Of a stretch of 64,000 bases of DNA, positions 19,726-29,270 are shown one piece after another (positions within the stretch are counted from its first letter, which is position 1; every line of letters starts with the position of its first letter). The translations under genes and the position numbers were made by a program. The stretch lies in sequence record MN091626.1; one strand, written 5' to 3'. A model generated the notes under the pieces. It did no database searches. It was not told the DNA's origin and was given only the letters and a program-made list of their open reading frames with translations.

Positions 19726-22065
19726 TTAATACTTGATTTCTGTAGATACGATTAATTTATTTTGATATCTTCCACCTCTAGTGTAAACTTTACTATCAGT
19801 GTCACCTATATTAATACTATTTTCAGATCCATAAGCTATACATTCATCTAAGAATAAATTACCTCCTGATGAAGCTTGGAAGTCTTTTCCTTGATAACTT
19901 TCAAATGCGATACATCCTAAATTCCACGATTGTGTACCTTCATTTACATCAGCTACATTACCTCCATCATTTCTTCCATATATACCATTTATTCTAATGA
20001 TTTTTAAACCTTCATGAGTAGTTGATCCGTTATTTGATTTAACACCATTCAATCCTTTATCGGTTCCATTATCCATTCCTATACAATTAATCTCTATTAT
20101 ATTAGGTTTAGAACCATCAGCACCAATATGGTAATTTAAACCGTCAAAACTATTATAATTACCTTTACAGCTATCAAGAATAATATCTTTACCGCCAACA
20201 ATAGCAAGACCATTGTAACTTGAAGCAGAATGATAAAAATTACATTTCTTAAAGAATGTACTGTTATTTGAAGTTAAATTTAATTCAATGCAGTTTCTCC
20301 CGCCATATATATTTAAATTTTCAAAATATATATTTGAAGCTAAACTTGTTAACTGTATATTCGAAGAAGATATTAAAGGTATTACATTACTATTTGAAGG
20401 TTTATTATCATTAATATTGGAATAAACTTTAGTACCGTCAGTAAACCATGAATTAGGTGTACTTTCAACTTCATCAATACTACTTACTTTCTTTATATCA
20501 ATACTATTATCTAGCGTTACAACTTTATCGGTAGCAGATCTACTAAATTCATAAGTTCTATTTTTACCAGAAGTTAGTGTCCATGAAGGTTCATCAGCCA
20601 TAATAATATTCACATTATTACCTGTGCCTATTATATTAATGCTCTTATTAAATGCTTTTGTAATTAATGTGCCGCCAATTCTAAAATAGTTACCATCAGC
20701 AACCATAATTGTATCATTATCATTAACTTTAGGTATTACTACTTTAAAAGATTTAAATGGGTTTTCTTTAGATAAACCATCATTAGAATCATTACCATTA
20801 ACAGCATCTAAGTAGTAAGTAGTTCCGCCTGATAATCTATTAGTAGTTATATCATATTTCACTCCAAAAGTACCTTTTCCATCAGTAACAATTCTATTTT
20901 TTAATATTTCATTACCATAATTGAAATCATTAGGTTTTCTAACTGTTATTGGAAGGGTAGGTGCATAATTACCATCAAGACCGGGTAAACCTTGTAGACC
21001 TTGAGTTCCAATCTTACCTGTATCACCTTTTAATCCATTTAACTGTTCTTCAGTAAAATCAGAATACTCGAAAGGATCTCCCTTTTCACCTTTTAATAGA
21101 TCTAATTGTTCTTGAGTAAAATCGGAATATTCAAAAGGGCCACCTTTTTCACCTTTTAACTCGGATAATTGTTCTTGAGTAAAATCAGAATACTCGAAAG
21201 GATCTCCTTTTAATCCATTTAACTGTTCTTCAGTAAAATCAGAGTATTTGAAGGGGTCGCCTTTAGGACCTTGTATACCTGGATCACCTTTATACATCTC
21301 AGCATTTTCTACCATGTAATTCTTAAGATTTTCTTTGTAATCTAATAATTTATTTTCAAAATCATCTATTTTACTGTTAAATGAATCTTGTGCTAATTTT
21401 AATTCTTCAGATTTATCTTTTATAAGATTTAATTTTTCTTCAACTTTAACTACATCATTTTCCATATTCTTAACATAGTTTGTAGTCTCACTAAGTTTTT
21501 CCATTTCATCATTAAGACTCATTGTATTGTTATAATTACTATTGAATTGTTCTCTTACAGTTTCAAAATCAGTTAAAGTATCTTTCATGCTACTTAATTT
21601 ATTATTCATATCTTCTATTGTTGAAATTACATCTTCTTTTTCAGATTGTAAATCTAATTTTTTATCTTCAATACTATATTTAAAACTATCTAGCTCACTC
21701 AAATATGAATTAAGATTATCATCATCAATTAAATTTTCTTTGATTAAGTTAAGTTTTTCTCCTGCTTTTTCATTAATATTATTTATATCAGTAGATATTA
21801 TTTTTATTTGTTTAAAAGCCTCATTCACTTGAAGATATTTCTGTTTTATAAAATCTTCAATAGAGAAATAATCAGCTACGTCATATTCTCCATCTGAATT
21901 TAAATCAACATATTCATTTTTATTTACCTTTACATATTGAATATTCATTAAATCATAATAATCTAATGTATTTCTATCAACATAATAAGGTTTATTTATA
22001 GGTCCCATACCTTTACCTGGAATATAAGTTTTTTGAGGAACTATAATTAGTATACTATCTTCCAT
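19726..22065 (-). CDS. Putative fibre/appendage protein: shared N-module, coiled coil, collagen-like repeats, pectin-lyase-like beta-helix
   Basis: KGDPFxYSDFTxEQL repeats; YYLDAVNGNDSNDGLS..PFKS..DTIMVADGNY typical start of parallel beta-helix domains. Confidence 0.7.
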   Translation of the reverse strand: MEDSILIIVPQKTYIPGKGMGPINKPYYVDRNTLDYYDLMNIQYVKVNKNEYVDLNSDGEYDVADYFSIEDFIKQKYLQVNEAFKQIKIISTDINNINEKAGEKLNLIKENLIDDDNLNSYLSELDSFKYSIEDKKLDLQSEKEDVISTIEDMNNKLSSMKDTLTDFETVREQFNSNYNNTMSLNDEMEKLSETTNYVKNMENDVVKVEEKLNLIKDKSEELKLAQDSFNSKIDDFENKLLDYKENLKNYMVENAEMYKGDPGIQGPKGDPFKYSDFTEEQLNGLKGDPFEYSDFTQEQLSELKGEKGGPFEYSDFTQEQLDLLKGEKGDPFEYSDFTEEQLNGLKGDTGKIGTQGLQGLPGLDGNYAPTLPITVRKPNDFNYGNEILKNRIVTDGKGTFGVKYDITTNRLSGGTTYYLDAVNGNDSNDGLSKENPFKSFKVVIPKVNDNDTIMVADGNYFRIGGTLITKAFNKSINIIGTGNNVNIIMADEPSWTLTSGKNRTYEFSRSATDKVVTLDNSIDIKKVSSIDEVESTPNSWFTDGTKVYSNINDNKPSNSNVIPLISSSNIQLTSLASNIYFENLNIYGGRNCIELNLTSNNSTFFKKCNFYHSASSYNGLAIVGGKDIILDSCKGNYNSFDGLNYHIGADGSKPNIIEINCIGMDNGTDKGLNGVKSNNGSTTHEGLKIIRINGIYGRNDGGNVADVNEGTQSWNLGCIAFESYQGKDFQASSGGNLFLDECIAYGSENSINIGDTDSKVYTRGGRYQNKLIVSTEIKY
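21020..21270 (-). repeat. Four KGDPFxYSDFTxEQLxxL repeats (approximate bounds)
   Basis: Repeated AGTAAAATCAGAATACTCGAAAGGATCTCC-like units. Confidence 0.85.
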
Positions 22066-22102
22066 ACTATATTTCCACTCCTTTAAATTTGATCTGTAAA
22101 AT

Positions 22103-22183
22103 CCCCCTAATATATTTTTAAATCGATGATTATTCTATTCTTATAATTATTGGCTCATCGTTTAAAGTTATATATTAGGGGAA
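22103..22183 (-). promoter_or_regulatory. Long leader hairpin between late promoter and fibre gene
   Basis: CCCCTAATATA/TATATTAGGGG outer stem with inner AAATCGATGA/TCATCGTTT stem. Confidence 0.5.
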
Positions 22184-22225
22184 CTAATTTTAGTCGAAAA
22201 AACTAACGAAAATTAATTTTTATTA

Positions 22226-22237
22226 TATAATAATGTT
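22226..22237 (-). promoter_or_regulatory. Putative late promoter AACA-N6-TA
   Basis: AACA-TTATTA-TA upstream of 22065 gene. Confidence 0.55.
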
Positions 22238-22244
22238 ATAAATT

Positions 22245-24170
22245 TTAACCATTAATAATTTTAAAAATATTTTCGTTTAATAAATCTCTTTCTAATCTAC
22301 TTTCTTCAGAAAGTTTTTCCATTAATTCTTCTTCTGTATATTTATCAAAAGATACAGAATTATATCCATTAATAGAAATAGAAGATTCATTAACTTGAAT
22401 TGATTTATTTACATTTAGATCATTAATGCTTTCTTCTAAGAATTTTTTAAGACGTGTTTCATCTCTATTAGGTACATTTTCATAGGCTTCAAACACTATA
22501 TCTTCATAGTATTCTTCTAATGATTCTTCAAAACCTTCATAAAGTGAATCATCTTTATTTTTTAATTGGAAATTAATATCTTCTTCTAGCAATTCTAAAT
22601 TAACTTCTTCAGATAATCTTTCTTTAACATCTTCGTTAACTTCATCTAAAGGATTAAGATAGTTTTCTAATAAACCTGATTCTGATTCATTATTAACACG
22701 TTGAATTGTATTTATATTGAATTCTTTTTCTAAGTTTTCTAAAGTTATTTCATTATCTGTATAAAATTCTTTAAGAACTTTATTTACTTTAGGTTCAACT
22801 ACAATAACTTTCTTAAATCCTAAACCGAAATCAACTTTATCAACTAATAATGAAGAAGGATTATATACTTTAGGAACTTCATCCATATAAGATTCTTTAC
22901 TAATAACGATATCAACACGTTTACCTAAAGATTCAGATAAAGCATTTGTATATCTAATTAAGTCTTTAATTGTGTAAGTTTCATTAACTTCTTCTTCATT
23001 AATAACTTTAGTTTTAAATTCAATATCAGTAGATCCACAATTTTCACATACTAATTCATCTTCATTAACGTTAGGATCAACTGTTTCTTGAACTCCACAT
23101 TCGTTACAAATTACTTCTCCAACTTCTTTAGAAGTTTTTAAAGCTTCTTCAAGTTCTCCATTACAATTTTCACATACTAATTCATTTGATTCATTCATTG
23201 TTAGATTACTTCCACAATTTTCACAAACAGCTTTTCCATTTTCAATTTTACCAGTTTCACTTAAAATACGTCTAACAGTTTCAATTGATTCATTAGTAAC
23301 GAAAATTTGTTTTTCATTTTCGTTTTCTAATTTAAATGTATTTAATAGAGTTTCATGAATTTTTTCTGCATGATTTTTAAATGATTTAACTACAGCGAAA
23401 TCAGAATCCTCTCTCATATATACGTATGGGAAAGCTTGATTATTTTTATCATCAACATAATTTTCATTAGCAATTATATTTTGTTTTTCAGTATTAACTT
23501 CTTTAGATTCTGGAGTACCTATAGCATATCCTACTTCAGCAGGTGTGTCTAATATTCCATTTTTTAAATCTACAAAAGTAAATTCAGGAACTGGATCTTT
23601 ATCGTATAAATAAGTTTCAGTAACTGCTCCTCCAACACTTGGAGAACCATTTGCAGCAGACAAACCTCCATCACTAACAGAACTTGCATTGGTATTTGCA
23701 TTAGAAGTACTTACTGAATAAGTCGCATGTGGACCAAAAGTAGTAGGAACCATCATTTGAGAATCTAAGAATTTAGCTCTTAATTCAGAATATCTTGGTT
23801 GTTTCTTATCTTCATCATCGTCTTCTTTTTCATCTTCGAATAAATAATCTTCTTCAACAGAAATTTCAGGATCTGAATTAGCTACATCAGTAATGATAAC
23901 TTCATCTTTATCAGCCACGATTGGTTGATCGTAATCAGGGTGATCCGAATCAATTACTTGAACATCATCTTCATCTTCAGCATCTTCAATTTCATCAAGA
24001 TCATCAGATTCCTCATCATCAATTTCTTCTTCATCTTCATTAATTATTTCGTTAAACATTTCTTCTAATTCTTCATCATCTTCAGGAATATCACGTTTTA
24101 ATTCTTCATTTTCATCATCATTTAAATCATCTTCAAATAATAACATATCATTTTTATTTTCTTCAGACAT
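22245..24170 (-). CDS. Highly acidic zinc-ribbon protein, possible prohead core/scaffold
   Basis: D/E-rich N-terminus; CENCG..CENCN and CNECG..CENCG; many L/V-x-E motifs. Confidence 0.55.
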   Translation of the reverse strand: MSEENKNDMLLFEDDLNDDENEELKRDIPEDDEELEEMFNEIINEDEEEIDDEESDDLDEIEDAEDEDDVQVIDSDHPDYDQPIVADKDEVIITDVANSDPEISVEEDYLFEDEKEDDDEDKKQPRYSELRAKFLDSQMMVPTTFGPHATYSVSTSNANTNASSVSDGGLSAANGSPSVGGAVTETYLYDKDPVPEFTFVDLKNGILDTPAEVGYAIGTPESKEVNTEKQNIIANENYVDDKNNQAFPYVYMREDSDFAVVKSFKNHAEKIHETLLNTFKLENENEKQIFVTNESIETVRRILSETGKIENGKAVCENCGSNLTMNESNELVCENCNGELEEALKTSKEVGEVICNECGVQETVDPNVNEDELVCENCGSTDIEFKTKVINEEEVNETYTIKDLIRYTNALSESLGKRVDIVISKESYMDEVPKVYNPSSLLVDKVDFGLGFKKVIVVEPKVNKVLKEFYTDNEITLENLEKEFNINTIQRVNNESESGLLENYLNPLDEVNEDVKERLSEEVNLELLEEDINFQLKNKDDSLYEGFEESLEEYYEDIVFEAYENVPNRDETRLKKFLEESINDLNVNKSIQVNESSISINGYNSVSFDKYTEEELMEKLSEESRLERDLLNENIFKIING

Positions 24171-24190
24171 TTTTAAATATCCTCCTTAAA

Positions 24191-25459
24191 TTATTTTCTA
24201 AAAGTTCCTTCAATACTATCTTTAATAATAAATAATATACACGGAAGTAATACATAATCTTCCATATTCATATCATATTTATCATCATAGTAATTAAACA
24301 CTTTACTTAATATTTTTTCTTCTATCTTTTCATCATTCATATACATTGAGATTAATTTATATCTATCATCAAAGTAAGTTAAACTTTTAGTGCCTTGATA
24401 GTCTTCATTAACTTCATTAATCTTAGTTAAATTACTCAATTCTATAAAATCGTTTAATCCATCTAATACTTCAGTGTCTTCTATACTTTTATGAACGAAG
24501 CTTATTTCTTTATACTTCTCTCTAAACATTTTTAAGAAATTATCCTTAGTGTCATTAAGAGTAATAACATTAGGTAAAGTCTTTTTATCCTTTAATTTTT
24601 CATATAGAGAGAATTTATAGTTCTTTTGATTTATTCTTTCATTCTTAGGATTTTTATCTTTATAAGGTAGTATATTAGAAAGATAAGTACTAGATTTTAC
24701 TAATAGATTATTGTCATAAATAAATCTGGATAAATTCAAATCAATATATTTAGTTGATGCAACTGCACTAAATTCATCTTCATAGTAAATAAAAGTATTT
24801 AATGAAGAATTATAGAAATGATCAATAAATATTTGTGAAAATTCATCAGCATATTTAATACTATGATTGACTTGATAGAAATCTTCTTCTAGTATCAATG
24901 ATTTATTATCTGTTCCAATATTGGAAAATACTGTTCTATATACGTTTGATACCTGATTTTCAATATCTTCTGTATTAACATTAAAATTCTGATATTGTAT
25001 TTTATAGTAAGCTGAGTTCTCTAGTGAACTCATTTCTACATTAGTTACACGATATATTCTACTAGTTGCATTTTCTTTAGACTGATATTGAAATACAATA
25101 AAATCATCTGGTAAAGGTTCAATAGTGCCTGGTAGTATAACTGCTTCAGATTCTAAATCTTTTTCAGTTCCCCATTCTTCATCCCATTCAATTGTAGGAT
25201 TCATTTCAGCTACATTATACAAAGGGAAGTCTTTTAATTTATTATATTTCAAAGGAGAATTATCTCCAATAATTTCTTCAACATTATCTAGTGAACGATC
25301 AGAAGTAGATTTCTCATGATCTTTACTATAGTATGTAACAAAACTAGGAGCACCTGCTTGAAACTTACTATATTTTTCTGTACCGGATAAATATGAGGAT
25401 ACGTAACTATTTACAATATCTTTTGGTTGTAATTCATCATTTGATATAAATGTACCCAT
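24191..25459 (-). CDS. Putative virion structural protein
   Basis: 422 aa, late promoter upstream, structural neighbourhood. Confidence 0.6.
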   Translation of the reverse strand: MGTFISNDELQPKDIVNSYVSSYLSGTEKYSKFQAGAPSFVTYYSKDHEKSTSDRSLDNVEEIIGDNSPLKYNKLKDFPLYNVAEMNPTIEWDEEWGTEKDLESEAVILPGTIEPLPDDFIVFQYQSKENATSRIYRVTNVEMSSLENSAYYKIQYQNFNVNTEDIENQVSNVYRTVFSNIGTDNKSLILEEDFYQVNHSIKYADEFSQIFIDHFYNSSLNTFIYYEDEFSAVASTKYIDLNLSRFIYDNNLLVKSSTYLSNILPYKDKNPKNERINQKNYKFSLYEKLKDKKTLPNVITLNDTKDNFLKMFREKYKEISFVHKSIEDTEVLDGLNDFIELSNLTKINEVNEDYQGTKSLTYFDDRYKLISMYMNDEKIEEKILSKVFNYYDDKYDMNMEDYVLLPCILFIIKDSIEGTFRK

Positions 25460-25498
25460 ATATTCTCATTATCCTCACTTTCTTTATTAAATTTCGTA

Positions 25499-25510
25499 TA
25501 TGGTATTGTT
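25499..25510 (-). promoter_or_regulatory. Putative late promoter AACA-N6-TA
   Basis: AACA-ATACCA-TA. Confidence 0.65.
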
Positions 25511-25537
25511 ATCTTTGAATTTTGTTTTAATATAATA

Positions 25538-25576
25538 ATCCCAATACCTTAATATTATATTAATAGGTATTGGGAT
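25538..25576 (-). terminator. Terminator-like hairpin, CCCAATACC family
   Basis: ATCCCAATACCT/AGGTATTGGGAT; same stem at 56317-56351. Confidence 0.65.
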
Positions 25577-25594
25577 AAAATATTTTATAAAAAA

Positions 25595-26104
25595 TTAAAG
25601 ACCAAATTCTTTATCTAAAGATTCTTCTAAAGAACTAATATCTTCATTAGTTTGTTCTTCTTCTTTAACAGCTTCAAATAAGCTAAATAAAGCTTCTTCA
25701 ACAGGACTTACAACTGAATCAATTTTATTTTCCATAGCTTCATTTAATTTAGTAGGTAATTTTTTGAATAGAGCGATGTATTTCTTTTCATTATTTCTAG
25801 CCCAAGCTTCTGCTTTTTTAGGACTTTGGAAAGCACATACTCGAATAAAACGATTTAAAATAGATGTTTTACCTTTAGCATCAATTACTCTGTAAGTAAA
25901 TATAACTGTTCCATCTTCATGAGCATCTAAAGCAAATTCATTTTCATCAAATTTTTTACCTTTAGCGATAACTTTAGCTTTCTTTTTAGTAGCACGTGCT
26001 ATGAATTTTTCCTCTGTATCTTTATCAGAAGGGTTTACCATTTTTCTTAATGTATCCTTCACATTAGCTTCATTTAATAATGTTTCTTGTAAAAAATCTT
26101 CCAT
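25595..26104 (-). CDS. Putative internal head protein
   Basis: Acidic ends with LNEA/LEES motifs around a basic core; resembles 26146-26706. Confidence 0.55.
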   Translation of the reverse strand: MEDFLQETLLNEANVKDTLRKMVNPSDKDTEEKFIARATKKKAKVIAKGKKFDENEFALDAHEDGTVIFTYRVIDAKGKTSILNRFIRVCAFQSPKKAEAWARNNEKKYIALFKKLPTKLNEAMENKIDSVVSPVEEALFSLFEAVKEEEQTNEDISSLEESLDKEFGL

Positions 26105-26145
26105 AATTATAATTCCTACTTTCGTAATTTATTTTTCTATATAAT

Positions 26146-26706
26146 TTAGTTTAATTTAAATTCCTCATCTAATATTTTTTCTAAATTTTCAATAACTTTA
26201 TCATCTTCATCAATTTCAGGTTTCTTATCAGGGGCTTTCTTGAAGATAGATACAAATTTATTTCCATTACTTTGAACCCATTTTTGTGCTTCTTTGAAAC
26301 GATCTGCAACTATTCCAATAGGTATTCTTCGAATTTTATCTTTACCTTTATATTTAACAGGTACTTCTAAAGCAGCGTTTTTACCACCAGTACGTTTGGC
26401 CACTACTACAATATTGCTTGAATCAATTCTAATACCATTACTTTTAGCTTTTATTTTAAAATTCATACAAGCTTTAGCAAAATCCGCTTCAAGCGTATCA
26501 GGTTCAACAATTCCTTCTTGAACTGCAACATCCGAAGTATTACCGCAATCTTCACATACTAATTGACCTGATTCATTTGGAGACATTTTAGAACCACATT
26601 CTTCACAAATAGGCTCTTCTTTATCAGTATCAATATCACGATTTAATTCTTCATTAACTAAACCAAATTCTTTATCTAAAGATTCTTCTAAAGATTTAAA
26701 ATCCAT
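26146..26706 (-). CDS. Putative internal head protein with zinc ribbon
   Basis: CEECG..CEDCG; starts SLEESLDKEFGL; late promoter upstream. Confidence 0.55.
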   Translation of the reverse strand: MDFKSLEESLDKEFGLVNEELNRDIDTDKEEPICEECGSKMSPNESGQLVCEDCGNTSDVAVQEGIVEPDTLEADFAKACMNFKIKAKSNGIRIDSSNIVVVAKRTGGKNAALEVPVKYKGKDKIRRIPIGIVADRFKEAQKWVQSNGNKFVSIFKKAPDKKPEIDEDDKVIENLEKILDEEFKLN

Positions 26707-26739
26707 TATATTTTCCTCATTTCTATTTATATTTATTAA

Positions 26740-26751
26740 TATTAATGTGTT
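26740..26751 (-). promoter_or_regulatory. Putative late promoter AACA-N6-TA
   Basis: AACA-CATTAA-TA. Confidence 0.6.
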
Positions 26752-26763
26752 ATCTTAAATAAA

Positions 26764-26796
26764 TTGCCCTAATGACAATTTTTATCATTAGGACAA
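26764..26796 (-). terminator. Terminator-like hairpin after RNAP beta
   Basis: TTGCCCTAATGA/TCATTAGGACAA. Confidence 0.55.
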
Positions 26797-26802
26797 TTAA
26801 AA

Positions 26803-27970
26803 TTATAGCATATCTTTTACTTTACGTTTTAATTCTATTAAAGCTTTATTAGTGAAAAGCATTAAATAAATATCAGTAGTCATACGAGATACGATACTTA
26901 ATGGAGAGAATATAGCTTCAATTTCCTCGTCAGGTCTATATTCTGCATAAGGAGATTCATTAGGAGGAGTAACATCAGCAATAACTGTTTTACATGCTCC
27001 ATAGAAACTGATCTTATCACCAATACTCATATCATCTTCATACTCTGTGAAGATTTCAATAAGTACTCCATCTACTTTCTCACCTTTAATTTTCTCACTA
27101 TTAATTTTCTCTACAGCTGGAATATCTACATCTAATCCAGGTAATGTAGATTTATTATCTTTAACTGCATTTTTGTATTCTCTATATTTACTTTTAGATT
27201 TATTAATATAACTATTAACTAATTTAGCTAATGTAGGAGACATATTTTCAATATCATCATTATAATAGATATTTACTTTTTTAATTTCTCCAGTATATTT
27301 AGATCTAACAGCTCTATTAGAAATATCTTGTATTTCTTGTTCAAATTCAGAACCGATTTTATCTAATAAAGAACCAATACCTTCATCATCAAATGAATTC
27401 TCAAATATCATTAATGGATCTCCTGTACGTACATTTTGACCTTCTTTAACAATATATTGAATATTTGTATTAGAAGCTAAATTAACTGTTTTCTTCATAG
27501 TAACTTTAGTTGACATTGCTTCAGACATACTGTTAGAAATAATAGAACTATCTTCGTACGTGCCATAGCTTGAAGCAACTGCAACTTTAGATAATTTACC
27601 AGCAGCAAATTGAATATCATTATTACTGCCAGATCCTGCAAAGTAACTATCATTTTTAGCTAATACTTGTCCTTTATTAAATTTCTTACCTACTTCAAAT
27701 TGTGGAGTAAGTTTATTATTTTGATAGAAACCACCATTGGAGTTCTTAGCAAGTTTTTCAGATATATCAATTACATCTTTATCCCCATTAATGTATTCAA
27801 CAAGCATTAATCCTGTTTTCTCATTGATAGAAGTTACTTTACCATCTTCTTTAGCTTTAAAAGCAAAAGTATCTGAAATTTGATAGGCTAAAGCTTTATC
27901 TACACCAGATCCAACTAAAGGACGGTCATTTGTTTTAGTTGCTATCAGGTGTTTTGCCTGAGTACCGGTC
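26803..27970 (-). CDS. RNA polymerase beta subunit (probably virion RNAP), exon 2
   Basis: TGTQAKHL, YEDS, IGDKISFYGACKTVI, FSPLSIVSRMT; frame opens well upstream of the tracked ORF start 27807. Confidence 0.88.
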
Positions 27971-29270
27971 CGATATCTTCAACAGAGATCGTAAATCTCT
28001 GCCAGTTCTCTTATGAACTTCTTTAAGATTTCCTTAAAGTCTAGACTATATCTTCACCCTATATTTTTATAGGGGATCACTATTTCGATTTAAGGGATTT
28101 TCACCCACTCCATTAACTTGAGCCCTACTCCTGTTGGTATATTTCAATACCCTAAGGGATAGTCGTTGAGCTTTTTCCTAGACAATTTTCGATTTTTTCT
28201 TTTATTTTTCCTTCTTTTTGATCTTTATAATTTATTCTTATCAGATCTAATTTTTCATGATTTTTGAAATAATCATCTTTTATTTTATCATTCTGTTTTA
28301 AGGTTTCGAATTTTTCTTTACCATTTTTATATCTAAAAGGTATAAAGTGCTGCTCACCGTCAAATTCTATACAAAGATTATATTCTTCTAAAAAGAAATC
28401 AACTCTTAAATGATTTCCTTTTATACTGAAAAGATCATCAAATTTCTTTTCTTTTTCATAAGGTATTTTCATATTATCCAAATATTCAGATATTTCTTTA
28501 GTACCTTTTGAATTACTAATATCACTACAATGAGGACAGCGATGTCCTGATGAATAAAAACTTTCCCAATTCATCTTAAATTCTCTTCCGCATTCTTCAT
28601 GTAAGATATCCATTTTAGTTCTACTATTAGAATATGAATTTGAGACTAATTCATAATCAAATTTTTCTATATAATCTTTTACTTCTTTAAGGTTTTTCCT
28701 TTTATTAGGTGCACAATGAGGACAACCATAACCCTGCTGAAGATTACTGTATGTTGATTTGAACTCATTCCCACATAAAGAATGAAATATTAATAATTTC
28801 TTTTTACTGTTTTCATATTCACTCTTTAAAATATAAACATCCTTACCATGTAAGTCATTTAATTTTTCTTGTACAACTTCATTATCAACTACTCTTCCTG
28901 CACACTTAGGACATTTATAACCTTTAATAAAATTTGATGGTGCTACATCATATACATAATTACATTTTTTATGTTTTAGTTTTAATTTATTTTTGTATAA
29001 TTCGAAATCCTTTATGAAAATATATTCATCATAATGTTTTAATCTCTCTTTACATTTCTTATGGTATTCTTCTTGTTTATTCAATTATTTCCAACCTTTC
29101 TTACGAAAAGCTTGTCTAGGAACTTAGTTGCTGATCATCCAATCTTAATGATTTTTAAGCATATCACGCTTACTGTTACCAGTTACGTTGTAGCTCATTA
29201 AGCTCTAAGGACTTCCCAGCAATTAAATGATTTTATTACATATACATTACTGTATAAGGGGACAAAATTT
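27971..29270 (-). mobile_element. Group I intron in RNAP beta gene (1300 nt)
   Basis: P1 GGGAU/GUCCC with U.G; P, Q, R GCTCAACGACTA, S AAGATATAGTCT; terminal G27971; splice yields HADSPRIGMTGTQAKH. Confidence 0.92.
28152..29084 (-). CDS. Intron-encoded homing endonuclease, three zinc-ribbon repeats plus Vsr-like (EDxHD-type) nuclease
   Basis: H..C...C.CP.C repeats; RVDFF..IEFDGEQH..NDKIK; ORF end overlaps intron R element. Confidence 0.8.
   Translation of the reverse strand: MNKQEEYHKKCKERLKHYDEYIFIKDFELYKNKLKLKHKKCNYVYDVAPSNFIKGYKCPKCAGRVVDNEVVQEKLNDLHGKDVYILKSEYENSKKKLLIFHSLCGNEFKSTYSNLQQGYGCPHCAPNKRKNLKEVKDYIEKFDYELVSNSYSNSRTKMDILHEECGREFKMNWESFYSSGHRCPHCSDISNSKGTKEISEYLDNMKIPYEKEKKFDDLFSIKGNHLRVDFFLEEYNLCIEFDGEQHFIPFRYKNGKEKFETLKQNDKIKDDYFKNHEKLDLIRINYKDQKEGKIKEKIENCLGKSSTTIP

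Noticed and set aside
21020-21270. Tandem repeats as a CRISPR or DGR element
   Set aside because: In-frame protein repeats of a collagen-like linker; no reverse transcriptase in the window
29198-29270. C-terminal INFVPLY..VLRA of tracked ORF 29198-32356
   Set aside because: Intron read-through; splicing at 29271/27970 restores the conserved beta motif
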